From the IMG/VR virus record IMGVR_UViG_3300031539_000004, positions 32,001 to 96,000 of that record: 64,000 nucleotides of DNA. One strand, 5' to 3'. A program made the position numbers and the translations under genes. Source of the stretch: a virus. A model generated the notes under the pieces. It searched no databases, had not been told where the DNA came from, and saw only the letters and a program-made list of their open reading frames with translations. Below, piece by piece: positions 41,712 through 54,042 of the stretch; position 1 is the first letter of the stretch, and every line of letters starts with the position of its first letter.

Positions 41712-43127
41712 CGGCGTCTCTCGGGTTGATCGGCTCGGCCCACATCGCCCACGTTTCGGGTTGGAGGGCGTCGAGGGAGCTGCGGACTCCGTCGGGGAGG
41801 TCTTCGGCGCGGCGGGTGTCTTCGATGGCGCGCTCGGCGGCGATCGCTGCTCGGGTGGCGCTGGCGGGGTTGTCGGCGGTGAACGTGGCGACGTATCGCC
41901 ATCGGCGTTCGCCTTCGAATTCGGCCATTCGGCTTCTCCTTGGTCGGGGGTTCGACTGTAGCTCTCCGTGTGACGGGGAGCGAGGAGTCAGGCGGGGAGC
42001 TGGTCGGTGAGGCCGAGCTGGTAGTCGTTGGCGACTCGGGCGGTCCGCTCGAGTTCGGCGTCGGCTTGCTTGCGGTTCTCGGTGGAGACGTTGCTGTAGG
42101 CGGTCCAGTCGGTCTGGCCGTGGCTGCGGTAGGTGATGCCCCATCGGCGGTCGGGGCGTGCTCGGGGCGCGGTGAGGAGCGCGAAGGGTTCCTCGTCGGG
42201 TTGGCGGCGGATCTCGGTGCGTCCGTCGCCGAGGTCGGTGTGGTGGAGGCTCATCGGGTCGTCTCCTTGCGGGTCATGTAGGCGGCGTGGTCGCGGCCGT
42301 GCTTCTCGGTCATCGACCGGATGCTGTATCCGCCGGTCGGGCCGCAGCTCGAGCAGGTGGCGTTGTAGCCGTCGATGTCGCCTGCGCCGGGTGTGGCGGG
42401 CTTCTCGGTGATGGTGATGTGGTGGGCCATGTCGGCGTCTCCTTGGTTGGTCGCTTCGGCTGCTTCGCAGCGCGAGGCGTGGGCGTGGTAGTAGCGGGTT
42501 TCGCTGGTGCCGTCGGCGAGGTCCCATACTTCGACGGCTTGGGCGTGGGTGTCATCGACCAGTGTTCCGCAGCGGTGGCAGTTGGTGACCACGGTGCGGG
42601 CTGCCATCGGGATCCGGTAGCGGCGGGTGTCGGTGGTGGTGGTGCTCATCGGGTGGCCTTCCGGGCGAGCTTGCGGGTGGGGTAGGTGACGGTGACGCCG
42701 GGGGCGACGAGCTTGTGGAGGTGGGCGTTGTCGCCGTCGATGGTGTCTACGATCCAGGTGAGTTGGTCGCGGTCGGCGATGTGTGTGACTCGATCGCCGG
42801 GGGTGGGGGTGTCGGTGGGGGCCATGTCGGCTTCGGGTCGGTTGGTGGTGGTGGTGGTGCTCATCGGGCCTGTCCTCGGGCTGCTTGGCGGGCCATGCTC
42901 GCGTCTTGGGCGGCGTCGTCGGCTGCGTCGGCTGCGCTCTGGTCGGCGCTGCGAGCGGCCCGGCGGGCTGCGGCTGCGGCCATGCTGGCGTCGAAGCTGG
43001 TGCGAGGGGCTGCGGCCTGGCGGCTGCGGCGGTCTCGGCGGGCTGCGTCGTTGGCGTTTTTCATCTGGCGGGCGGCGCGTGCTCGGCGCTGGCGGGCGTT
43101 TTGTTGGGCTGCGGTGGGGTTCCTCAT
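41704..43127 (-). CDS. Promoter-led cassette of small hypothetical ORFs, first one (42861-43127) Ala/Arg-rich and leaderless
   Basis: TTGACT-N17-TATCTT-N6-ATG; shared RBS motif. Confidence 0.6.
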
Positions 43128-43188
43128 GTCCACAAGATACCGTGCATCTGTAGTCGAGTCAACTACAGCGAGGGGGCAAAGACGCTGG

Positions 43189-44037
43189 TCACAGGGTTGT
43201 CGGAGAAGAACCCTGTTCTGCCTCGGCCGCCAGGGCGGCGATCCCGTGATCGCCGAGCGACTTCCCGGGCCGCTTCGCCCGAGCTCGGATCGCCACCATC
43301 CCCTCGGGGCAGTCGCCACACGCGGGGCACCAAGAGCACAGCGGACCCGGCGACGGGTCGAACCGGTCCTCGGCGAGATCCTGCTCGATCGACGTCCAGA
43401 TGTTCCCGAGCCAGTCGACAGCCTCGGTGATCGCCGAGCGGGTGATCGGCACGACGTCGATGTGACCGATCGGGATCCACACGATGCGACCCTCGGCGAC
43501 GGGCCGCTTGTCGTGGGCCTCGACCGCGGCGGCGTACAGGGTGACTTGGCGCAGCTTCGGCTCGAGCCAGTCGGCGCGGTCGGGACGCTTCCCGGTCTTC
43601 CAGTCGGTGACGATCGCCGCGCCCGACGCGGTCGTCTCGGTCAGGTCGATGATCCCGACGAACGGGATGCCGGCGAGCTCGGTCTCGACGCGCCGTTCGG
43701 CGACGACGGTTCCGGGCTGGCGGCTGGTGGGGAGCTTCAGCGCGAGCGACACGAACGCCATCGCCTTCGCTCGGAGCGCGGCGTCGACTTCGGGCCAGTA
43801 GAGGTCGGCGATCGACGCGGCGGTGCGGAGGTTGCGACGCTCGGGCGGCTCGGCGGCGAGGTGCTCGAGGACGGTGTGCGTGAGCGTCCCGGCGATCGCT
43901 TCGGGACCGGATGGGTCTTCGAGTCGGAGGACGTACTTGGCGTGCCATTGGCGGGGGCATTTGTCGTAGGTGTCGGCTGCGCTGACGGAGATCGTCGCGG
44001 GGCGGGGCATCTCGGGCGCTTCGTCGGTGGTCACCAC
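43189..44037 (-). CDS. PD-(D/E)XK nuclease, RecB/Cas4-like
   Basis: CPRQW, GTLTH, GIIDL, TDWKTGK, QVTLYA, LCSWCPACGDC 4-Cys cluster. Confidence 0.92.
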   Translation of the reverse strand: MVTTDEAPEMPRPATISVSAADTYDKCPRQWHAKYVLRLEDPSGPEAIAGTLTHTVLEHLAAEPPERRNLRTAASIADLYWPEVDAALRAKAMAFVSLALKLPTSRQPGTVVAERRVETELAGIPFVGIIDLTETTASGAAIVTDWKTGKRPDRADWLEPKLRQVTLYAAAVEAHDKRPVAEGRIVWIPIGHIDVVPITRSAITEAVDWLGNIWTSIEQDLAEDRFDPSPGPLCSWCPACGDCPEGMVAIRARAKRPGKSLGDHGIAALAAEAEQGSSPTTL

Positions 44038-47000
44038 TCGGGGATCTCCTCGATCTCGTTCGGGCGGGGCCGCCATGAGAGGAGGCCGGTGTCACGGTCT
44101 ACCTCTTCGTCGTCGGGGAAGCGTCGGTAGTCGTGCCAGAACTGCTGCAGGTCGGCGAGCTTCGGGGGTCGGGTGCCGTCGAGGATGGGCCAGCCCTCGG
44201 CGAGCGCTTCGAAGTGGGCGGCCGCGGCGGCGCAGCATCGGGGGCAGAGGCCGGGCTCGTCGGGCTTCCAGTAGGGGGAGATGAGGCGGGGCACGCCGAT
44301 CTCGTTGCAGCGCCGGCACTCGAGCGGTTCGTCTTGGTCGTCGGCGGTGACGAGGTTCCCGACTGTGACGGCGGCGGGTTCGGTCACGGCTTCGGGTCGG
44401 GGAGGCAGGTGCGTGACCCGAAGCAGAGGGTGCAGGGCTGCGGTTCGATCCACGGGCGTTTCGGGTCGACGGTCTGGCCTTGCCCTCCGCAGCGGGGGCA
44501 CGCTTGGTGCTTGAGGTGGTCATCGAGGAGGGGGCGGGCCTTCTCGGCGGCGGCGACCATGACGCGGGTCCGGTCGGCGGCGCTGGTGGCGTGTTCGATC
44601 TCGACGGGTTCGGCGTGCCACCGGCAGGAGCAGGAGGCGACGATGGTGGTGCCGTCCTCGGAGACGTTGTATTGGCCGGCGTGGCGTGCGCCGGGCGCGA
44701 CGAGGCTGTACGGGTTGTTGGTCTGGAATGCGACCTGTTCGGGTTTGTCGTCAGCCATCGGTGTCTCCTGGTCGGGGGCCGCCTTCGAGGCCGAGTAGTT
44801 CGGCGAGCTCGGCGGCTTCGGGTCGGGTGATCGAGATGGAGTCTGGCGTGTTGAGCCATCCCCATGCGGGTGCGCCGGCGTGGCAGCCAGGGAGGCCGGT
44901 CATGTCGTCGGCGCTGACGCTCTCGCAGAGCTGGCCGAGCCACCAATGGAGGCGGCGGGCGCGGTCGCGTAGCTCGAGCGGGTCGGTTTCTACGAGCTGG
45001 TCGTAGATGTCGGGGTAGCCGTCCATCGGCTCGTCGCTCATCGGGCGATCCAGTCGCCGTTGACCAGCTCGCAGCCGGCCTGCTCGAGCCTCGCCCGGAG
45101 CCGTTCTTGGAGCGCTCGGATCCGGGTGGCGTTGCGGGTGGCGTAGTCGAAGGCATCAGGGTCGGACGCTTCGACCGCTCGGGTGGCGTTGATTTCGAAG
45201 GCGTGGGCGGTGAGCTCGGCGAGCACTTCGCATTCGGCGGCGTCGTGGATGGTGAGGGTGACGGTCTTCACGGGCTGGCCTCGAGGTCGGGTGGCTTGAG
45301 GTAGGTGATCCCGCCGCGGGGCGCTGAGATGACGGGGAACAGATCCTCGACGGTGGGGATCAGGTCGTAGTTGACCATGTCGCGGTACCGTTCGGCGGCG
45401 AGCGCGTCGGCCAGGGCGGCGGCCGGCGAGCCGGTCCAGAACGCCTTCTGTCGCCACCTCGGCGGGTCGGGGTCGTCGCGTCGGCGGTTGCGGTCGGGGC
45501 CGAGGTCGTAGAAGGGGGCGATCGGCGCGCAGTAGCCGCCCGAGGCGGTCAGGTGGTCGGTCATCGCTGTCCTCCGTGGGCTTCTCGGATGTGGGCGTTC
45601 AGCTCTTCGCCGTACTTGGCATGGCCGCCGTGGAGCCACTCCGATTCGGGGTGCCACGGGCGCTCGAGGTCCGGTTCGGTCTGAGCGCAGGTGTCGAGCG
45701 TGACGCAGCCCTCTCGGTGGCTGGTCGGGTCGCCGGGTTCGCCGTTGCAGTGCGGGCAGCGCAGGTCTTCGTCGGGGTCAGGCAGGTCGGCGGCCGTCGC
45801 GGGTACCGCCGCGGGCAGGATCTCGGCCCACACGGCTTGCTCGGCTGGCGGCCAGTCGATCGCCGACATGGTGACCGGTCGCTCTTGGCCGGTCGCCCAT
45901 GACGCTTCGTGGATCCGCTGCAGCATCGTGACCAGCGGGGCGCGCGACTGGCGGGCGTTCGCTTCATCGAGCTTGCAGATCCCGTCGGCGGGTTCGCCGC
46001 AGACGGTGCAGGGGTCGGGCAGCCCGTCCTTGCATGGGCAGGTGAGGGCGTCATCCATCGTGGGCCTCCTCGGGCCAGGGGCGGGGGGTGACGGCGCGGC
46101 CGATGGCGGCGCGGCGGGCGTCGGCTTCGCGTAGCTGGCGGGTGTCGGTGTGGTCGTCCTGGTCGTGTTGCCAGATCCGGTAGGCGGTGATCGCGGAGAA
46201 CGCGATGGCGCTGAGGATGACGGCGATCGTCTCGAGGTCGCTCATCAGTGGCCCCTCGGGGCGTTGAACCGGGAACCGGGGTTCTCGGTTCGCTGTTCTC
46301 GGTTCGGGGCCTCGGCCCCCTCGAGGCGCAGGAGCCGGATCGCTTTGGCGGCCGAGCAGTCGCAGTCCCACGGGTGGTCGCAGGCGTCGGGGTTGTCGGC
46401 CAGTACGTCGGTGAGGAGGTCGCGGAGCCGGTCGATCTCGTTGAGCGCGGCGTCGATGATGGGCCACGGGCAGTCGTCTTCGTCGGGTTCGGAGAGCCAT
46501 TTGCGGAAGTCGACCGGGGTCTTGTCGGGGTCGAGGTACTGGTCAGCCATCGTCGGCCTCCAGCTCGAGTCGGCCGACCCGGCAGAGGTCGCACTCGTCG
46601 TTCACGACAGGGCCGTGCGTGAGCGGCCAGTCGCGGTCGGTGTGGCCGTCGCCGGGGAAGTCTTGGGTCTCGTCCCATGCGAGCGCCCCGCAGGTCAGGC
46701 AGCGGTGCTCGCCGGCGTCGATCCGTTGGTCTCGGGTCCCGAGCTCGGGGCGTACCGCAGCTCCGGTGATCGCGGCGGCCGCGAGGTGCGCGGTCCCTGA
46801 GATGATGGTCCCGTCGGCGGTGACCTTCACGGTCTGCCGTTCGGCGAGCTGTGCGATGTCAGCCATGTTGGCGTCTCCTCAGCGGGCGGTGGATTGTGAC
46901 TGTAGCTCTTCCGCGTACGCGGCCACGGCTTCTTGCGGCCAGCCGGCGACGCCGAGGCGGTGGGCGCGCTGCCGTGCGGCGATCGGGAGCGCGATGGCGG

Positions 47001-48407
47001 GGGCTTCCGCCGAGAACCGGTCGGCGGGGACCGGCTCGGGGTCGGGGCCTCGAGCGGTGGGCGGTCGCGCCTGGCCGGGTTCGATCGACCCGCACCATGA
47101 GCAGTGGGCGACCCACGGCCCCCCAGCGACCCGGAGGCGGCTTGTCCGCTTGCACGGTACAGGTCGGCCTTCGACGGACGACCGGCGCTTACACGGCGGC
47201 TGAGCGGGTCTGGTGACCCTCCCGGCGGCTTGGCGGGCGCGGGGGTTGCCTCCCGTGCGGCGCTTCTTGCTCATCGGAGCACCGAGGATCGGATCCCGAG
47301 GTCGGCGGCGTGGTCCTCGTGCCAGTCGCAGAGGAGCTGCCCGGTCGGGTAGAGGCGACGATCGACGGTGCGGGCGACTCGGTGGCGGGCGGGCTTCGCG
47401 CAGTTGCCGTGCTCGCAGGTGGGGGTGGCGCAGGGGTCGCAGATCCCGGTGGGGGTTCCGCCTCGGGCGAGGGCGGATCCGGTGACGGTGACGCGGCGCG
47501 CCCGGTGGCACTTCTCGCAGTAGCCGGGGATCTTCATCGTCAGCTCCTCAGCTCAAGGATCCGAAGGATCGTCTCGTTGGTGGTCGGGTCGGCGAGGTCG
47601 CCGTCGATCTCGGCGAGGTCGAGACCGGCGAGCATCTGACTGGTCCCGTACTCGGGGCTTTCGGGGCCTTCGGTGACCCACCGGCCGTCGGCGAGCTTGG
47701 TGTAGTCGTACTCGGAGGTGTCGACCACGACGGTCCCTTCGGGGAGCGCGGCCAGTTCGGCGGCGTGGAGGCTGAAGGTGTCGGCCATCACGCGGCCGCC
47801 ATCTCGAGGAGCGCCCAGCCTCGGGCGAGGAGGCGGGCCTGCTCGGTGTACCGGTTGCGGTAGAGGGCGAGCTGGCTGCGGTGGAGCAGCTTGGCGGCGG
47901 TCACCGCGTCGGTCTCGGTGGCGGCGACGCCTTCGAGTTCCCATTCGCCGTTGGCGAGTCGGTGCCAGACCTCGCGGCCTCGGGCGTCTGTGGTTTCGGT
48001 CGTGGTTGCCATGTCGGCGTCTCCTTGGGTTGGTGGTGGTCGGGTTGGTGGGGGCTTCAGTCGCCGGTGTAGCGGCCTTGGCCGTATCCCATCGAGGCGC
48101 ATTGTTCGGCGTTGCTCATGCTCGCCCACCGGGCTGCCTCGGCTGCGTTGCGGCGATCGCAGTCTGCTTCGTACTGGCGGGCTGCGGCGTTGGCCTCGGC
48201 CTCGGTGGCGTAGGTGCGGTCGATGTCGGTCTGCGACCGGTTGCTTCCGTCGGTGGCCCTGACGGTGACCCATGCCTGCCGGCCGCCCCACTCGCTGTCG
48301 GTGTAGTCGACCTCGATGCGGGCGGGGTGAACCGTGGCGGGGTTGTTGAGGGCGACGATGTAGCGGGTCTCGCCCTGGCGGCTGGTGGCGTCTGCGGTGT
48401 TGTTCAT
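44031..48407 (-). CDS. Run of small hypothetical ORFs, many with CxxC motifs; first gene 48057-48407 leaderless
   Basis: TTGATC-N16-TATACT-N7-ATG; coupled junctions. Confidence 0.55.
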
Positions 48408-48566
48408 GTGTACGAGTATACAGGGTTCTGTAGTCGGATCAACTACAGCGCCCCGGATCGGGTACGCAAAGACGCTGGTCACGGGGTTGTTCAGAAGAAC
48501 CTCAGAATCGCCGCGAGGAACCGGGCCTCGGAACCCATACAACGAGGGGGAAGGGGGGCGGGGGCC

Positions 48567-51500
48567 TCAGCCCTCAGCGCACTCCATTTGGCCGTGCAAC
48601 CGGTACGCGGTCACCCCGGGGTACACCTTCGACCCTGGCTTCAGCGCGACGAACTCGCCGTTCCACCACACGACCCGACCGTCGCCCGCCGTCGAGATCG
48701 GGACCCACAGGTACCGGCCCGAGCGTTGGAACCGGACGCTCGCCCACGCCGCGGACTCGCCGCAGTGGTGGCAGACAACCGGGTCCGCTGCGGCCAGCGG
48801 GTCGACGGTCTCTGCGATCGTCGCGGCGTTCGCTGGAGCGCTCATCGGCTCAACCCTACGACCTGGCGGGTCCTCGCGTCGCTCCACGTCAGTTACCCGT
48901 CCACATCGAAGGTCCCGCCCGGCTCTCGCTTGGGTCCATCGTGGCAGCGCCGGCGAGCTCGCCGGGGTCAACGATGGACGCCAGACCGGAAGGCGAAGAT
49001 CTCGGCCTGCAGAACGACCGCGGCTTCCTCGGCCTGGCGCTCGGCGTCGACCTCGGTGTCGCAGTACCCCGTCGTGGTGAACGCTGCCGACGACCAGTGC
49101 ATCGGTGACACCCGCCAGTAGTACCGGCCGCCCTCCGTCGGGTTGATCGTCACGTCCAGCTCGTCGGTGCAGCGGACCGCCAGCTCGAGGAGGAGAACCC
49201 GGCCCCGAGCTCGGCGCAGCTCGCGGCCGAGGTACACGCAGCCGACCGTGAGGACGACCGCGACGACCCAGCCGGCCGTCGACCAGTTCACCCGAGCGGA
49301 CCTCGAGGGGGCGCGCCCGGCGGCATCTGCTGGCTGATCTGCAGCCCGCCGGTGCCGGCCTCGATGAACTTCTGGCCGATGGCCGTGGCGTTCGCCTTCG
49401 GGACCACGAACGCGAACGTGCCGACCGGGGTGGCGATCTGGACGAGCACGATCCCCTCGCCGTTCATGTCGCCCGGGTTGATCGCCCAATTCATCGGGAC
49501 CGGACCGATCGGGATCGCGGGTGGTTGCCCGGCCGCTCCGCTCTGGCCGGCTGGCTGCTGTTGGTCACTCATCGGGTTCTCCTGCGGGTAGCGCGGCCAG
49601 GGGCCGCTGATCGGGCGAGGGGGTCGGCGGTGGCGGCGGGGGGAGCGTCGCCGACGGTCGGGCCTCGAGGTGAGCGAGGACCGCCTTGGTGGCGAGGACC
49701 CCGCCGACTACGAGCGCGGCGGTCATGGCGAGGATCAGCGCTCCAGCGGCGAGGAACGCGAACGCGACCATCGCGACGGTCCACTTCGCTGCCTTCACCG
49801 CTGGTCCTCAGGGATGTCTCTGAAGCAGGAGTTGCAGTCGCCGGTTGGTGGCGGCTCGGTCGACCCGGCGAGCCAGCAGGAAGCCCCACATCGGGCGGTG
49901 GAGTTCCCGCCGGGGTGTGCCCAGTTCTGGCCCTCGACGCCGGCGCGGCGTTTGCGGGTGAGGTGCCGGAAGCCGGTCTGGCCTCGCAGCTCGGCGCGGT
50001 CAGCGACGTACACAAGGTCGTCGTCGGGGTCGGGGGTGTGGGTCGGCATCGGGGGTTCCTATTCGATGGTGGGCGGCATGGTGAGGGCGATGACCATCAG
50101 GTCGTCACCGGATCGGCGGCGCTTCCACGCCTCGAGCTGGACCCCGGTGTTCTCGGGGTCGAGCGCTGCGGGTCGGGCGGTGCTGTGGCACCAGCCGAGC
50201 TTGGTCGCGTCGCCGAGCCCCAGGGGGGTCCAGTCTCGCGCCAGCAGCCATGTGAGCATGTCGAGCGCCTGGTCGGTGTCGATCTCGTACGCGGTGGCGA
50301 GCTCTTCGGCGGTGGCGTGGAGCCACTCGATGCCTTCGAGGTACTCGGGGACCGGGGCCATCAGGATCGCACCCATCCCTCACGGAAGTTGGCCCGCGAG
50401 TAGAGCGACGGCTCGATCGAGTCGAGCTCGGACCGGACGAACATCGACCACGCCACAGCGAACGCCACCGGCATCTCCGCGTGGAGCCGCTCGGCCTCCT
50501 CGAGCAGGTCGGGGCGGATCGCGTCGAGCGACTGGCACCCGTCGTTGTCGACGGTCGCGCCGAACCCGTGGACGATCTCCACGATGTCGATGAGGTGGCT
50601 GCTGTTGCCGTATGGGCGCTTCCCGTCGAACTCGGGCGCGCCGACCTCGCACTCGGAGAGCCGTTCGGTCGGCCAGAGCCGGGCGAGCAGCTTCAGGTGG
50701 GCGTCGGTGAGGTGAAACTCGTCATCCATTGACCGACTCCTTCAGGCTGGCCCGCAGGTCGTTGACCCACCGGGTGCGGTCGCTGGCCCGGCGCTGTTCC
50801 TTGACCCACTCGTCGCGGGCACGCTCGAGCTGGTCGGTGATGGTGGTGCGGCGCATCGCCCGGTACTCCTCGGGCGACATCGCCCGCTTCGGGTCGCCGT
50901 CGGCGGGGTAGAGCGTCGAGCAGTCGAACCGGATCGACTCGGTGAGCTGGTCGACCATGAACGTCTTCAGCTCCCGGTGCCCGAGGGTGGGAGGTGTCCA
51001 CGCTTCGACCTTGGCGAGCATCGCCTCGTAGCGGGCCTCCTCTTCGGCCTCGCGCTCCCGGCGCTCACGCCGGCGGTCCACCTCGGCGGTGAACGCATCC
51101 ATCGCGGCGTCGGCGGCCTGGTCGTGCGACCAGCCCTCAACCTCGGCCAGCTCGGTCTCCAGCTCGGCGATCCGGTCCCGGTAGTGGCTCGACGGCTGGA
51201 ACTCGTCGGGGATCGGGGTGCCCGTCGGGGCGTCGCGCATCGTGACCAGCGCGCCGAACGCTCGGGCGCACTCGATGGCGAAGACGGCGAGCTCGGTGAC
51301 CTCGCCCTTCTGGACGGACTCGGTGTATCCGGTAGGCATCAGCCTTCTCCTTGGTTGGGGTTCGTGTCGTGGTCGCCGCGCATCCCGCGCAACGTGACGA
51401 GGACTTGGCCGGCGGTCGCCTCGTCCAGCCCCACGTCCTCGGTGAGCAGCTTGACGAGCATGGCGTCGGTGACCGCCCCCTCGGCGACCTCCATGAACGC

Positions 51501-53043
51501 CTGCGCCTGCTGGCGGCAGGTGGCGGGGTCGAGCTGGCCGTACATGACGGTCCCGTCCTCGGCGATCGCCCGAACGGAGCAGAACCCCTCGAGCTGTTCG
51601 TTGACCCCGGATTCGAGTTCGATGACGGTCAGGATCTTCAGGTCGGGCGTTCCCACTCGGGACCTCCTTGGTGGTCGGGTTCGGACCGTAGCATGTGAGG
51701 CTACGGCAGATCAGTGGCCGATGTGGAAGAGGCCGAACCGGTCGCGGTCCCACTTCCCGGCGGCGAGCTGTTCGGCGTACACCTTCAGCGCGGCGATCAC
51801 GGGGGCGATGCGCCGGTACCCGTCGTCGCTGGCCTCGAGGGCGAGGATGGTCGTGTCGAAGTCCATCGTCGTCGGCGGCTCGGCGTAGGCGTCCTTGCTC
51901 TGCTGCTGGTCGCCGAAGTAGCGCTGCTCGGCCTCGGGGGCGTCGATCTCGATCGGCCCCCACGCGAGCTGCGGGTACCAGTAGTACCGGTCGGCGTCGA
52001 GGCGGCTCTTGCGGGCCTTGACCAGCTCGGCGAAGTCGCCGTCGTAGCCCATCTTCGACAGGTCGAACGTGGCGACCGGGCGGATCATGGTGCGGCCATC
52101 GCCGAAGCCGTCCATCGTCTCGGCGACGATGAGGGTCGATTCGTATCCCATTGCGGGGTCTCCTTGGTTGGTGGTCGTGGTCAGCCGAACTCGGCGCGAG
52201 CGTCGGCGATGAGGCAGGCCATCTCCTCGTCAGCGGCGTCGATCGCCGTGCCGAAGTTGGCGGGGTCTGCGACGAGGCCGACGCTGAAGTCGACGGCCTC
52301 GGGGTCGGTCGGGTCCGGCGCGACGATCCGGTAGAGGCTGTGGTAGCCGAGATCGTCGGGGCCGGTGAGGCCGTAGCGGCCGTCGTCGCTGGTGCGGATG
52401 TAGGCGGGCGTATCGCTCATGGCCACGTCACCGTGCCCGGGGTCATCTCGGCGCAGAAGGCACCGGCGTACTCGATCCACGCTTCCAGCGGCGAGGCGTG
52501 ACCCTCGACGTCCTCGGGGTTGTCCTCGGCCCATGCCGTGAGGCATTCGCCGAAGCCGCCGCCGTCGATGTCTCGGGCGATGGCTGCGATGCACTCGGCG
52601 CGGTTCGCACCGATGACCCGCAGCTCGTAGCCGCGGATCGTGACCTCCATGAAGGTCACGGTCTTGCTCTTCGTCTTGGTGGTTGCCATGTCGGCGTCTC
52701 CTTGGGTTGGTCGGCGGTCTCAGGCGAGGCCAGCGAAGGGGTCGGGGGTGGTGGTCTCACGGTCGAGGCGAGCCTCGAGGCGACCCTCGAGGGCTGCGAG
52801 CGTCGCTGCGCTCGGGGGGTTCACGCTCTCGACTGAGGCGAGGCTGCGGAGCAGGTCGCCGCCGTTGGCGTTGGCGAGCCTGACCACTGCGAGCAGGTCG
52901 GCGGTGGTGGTGCCGGGGAGGTGGCGCTCGAGGGCGGCGAGGAGGTTCTCGACCTTGCGGGCCCTGGCCCGAGCTTCGAAGCGGTTGGTGGTTGCGGTGG
53001 TGGTCATCGTGGCTCCTTTGGCCTCGGTGGCTGCGTTCATCAT
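48567..53043 (-). CDS. Run of small hypothetical ORFs (incl. 50361-50729, 50722-51339, 51339-51656, 51711-52151, 52720-53043)
   Basis: Operators at 51688 and 53067; RBS motif; coupled junctions. Confidence 0.55.
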
Positions 53044-53151
53044 GTGCTCCAGTATGGTCCCTCGGTGTAGCCGAAGCAACTACACCGGCCAGAACGGGGG
53101 CCGCAAAGAGGCTGGTCACGGCGTTGTTGGAAAGAACCCTGGAACCGGCGC

Positions 53152-54018
53152 TCAGCCGGGCCGCTCGGCGTCGCCCAATTCGGGGAGGATCCCGGACCCG
53201 CCGCAGGTCGGGCAGCTCACCCCGACGAGCGACACCTCGGCGATCACCCGGTCGCGCAGCTCCTCGACGGCGCGCCACGCCGCGTCCGCGTGCGCGCCCT
53301 TCACCTCGTCGGGGACCCAGCCGAGCGGGATCCGAACCGACCGGGTCGTGACCGCGGGCTTGTAGTTCTTCGACCCTCGCCGCCCTCGGGCTGGCGTGTG
53401 CTCGGTCGGGGCGAGCTTCAGGTCGACGGTGGCGTACCGCTCACCGGTCGCGCCTCGGGCGAGGAAGCAGTGCCGGACCTGCGGGAGCACCTCGAGCTGG
53501 CCTTGCAGCCACGCTCGCACCTCGACGTACTGGCCGGGGAACCCTCGGCGTAGCTGCGGGTGGTCCTTCGCTGCCCACGGCAGGTTCGCCCGCCAGGGCA
53601 TCGGCCGGTCCTCGAGCGACAGCTCGGCGAGGTTGATCGGGGTGAGCGCCACCACGTCGGGCGGTCGTTCCTCGGTGTCGAACTCCTCCTCGTAGAACGC
53701 CCACTCCCGAGCGTCCTCGTCGGGACCGGCTCGGCGAGCTCGGGCCTCGTCGGCGGTCATCGCCGCGGGCCACCCCGGGAAGTTGTAGCCGTCGCGCAGC
53801 CGGTAGCCGGTCACGATCCGCAGCGGTGGTAGCGGCAGCTCCACCTCGGTCAGCCCTTCGGGGCCGGCGTACCAGTGACGCTCCTGCAGCGGCGTGAGGT
53901 CGCGCCCGCCTGGCGCTCGGGGCGTGGTGGTGCGACCCGGGTCGATGAGGTACATCGTGCAGGGGTCGTCGCCCTCGGTGAGATGGACCGCGTACGCGGT
54001 CGGGGGGTTCGGTGCCAT
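53152..54018 (-). CDS. Hypothetical protein
   Basis: CCAAGGAGGAGCCGACATG start; C-terminal CPTCGGSG. Confidence 0.7.
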   Translation of the reverse strand: MAPNPPTAYAVHLTEGDDPCTMYLIDPGRTTTPRAPGGRDLTPLQERHWYAGPEGLTEVELPLPPLRIVTGYRLRDGYNFPGWPAAMTADEARARRAGPDEDAREWAFYEEEFDTEERPPDVVALTPINLAELSLEDRPMPWRANLPWAAKDHPQLRRGFPGQYVEVRAWLQGQLEVLPQVRHCFLARGATGERYATVDLKLAPTEHTPARGRRGSKNYKPAVTTRSVRIPLGWVPDEVKGAHADAAWRAVEELRDRVIAEVSLVGVSCPTCGGSGILPELGDAERPG

Positions 54019-54042
54019 GTCGGCTCCTCCTTGGGTTGGTGC

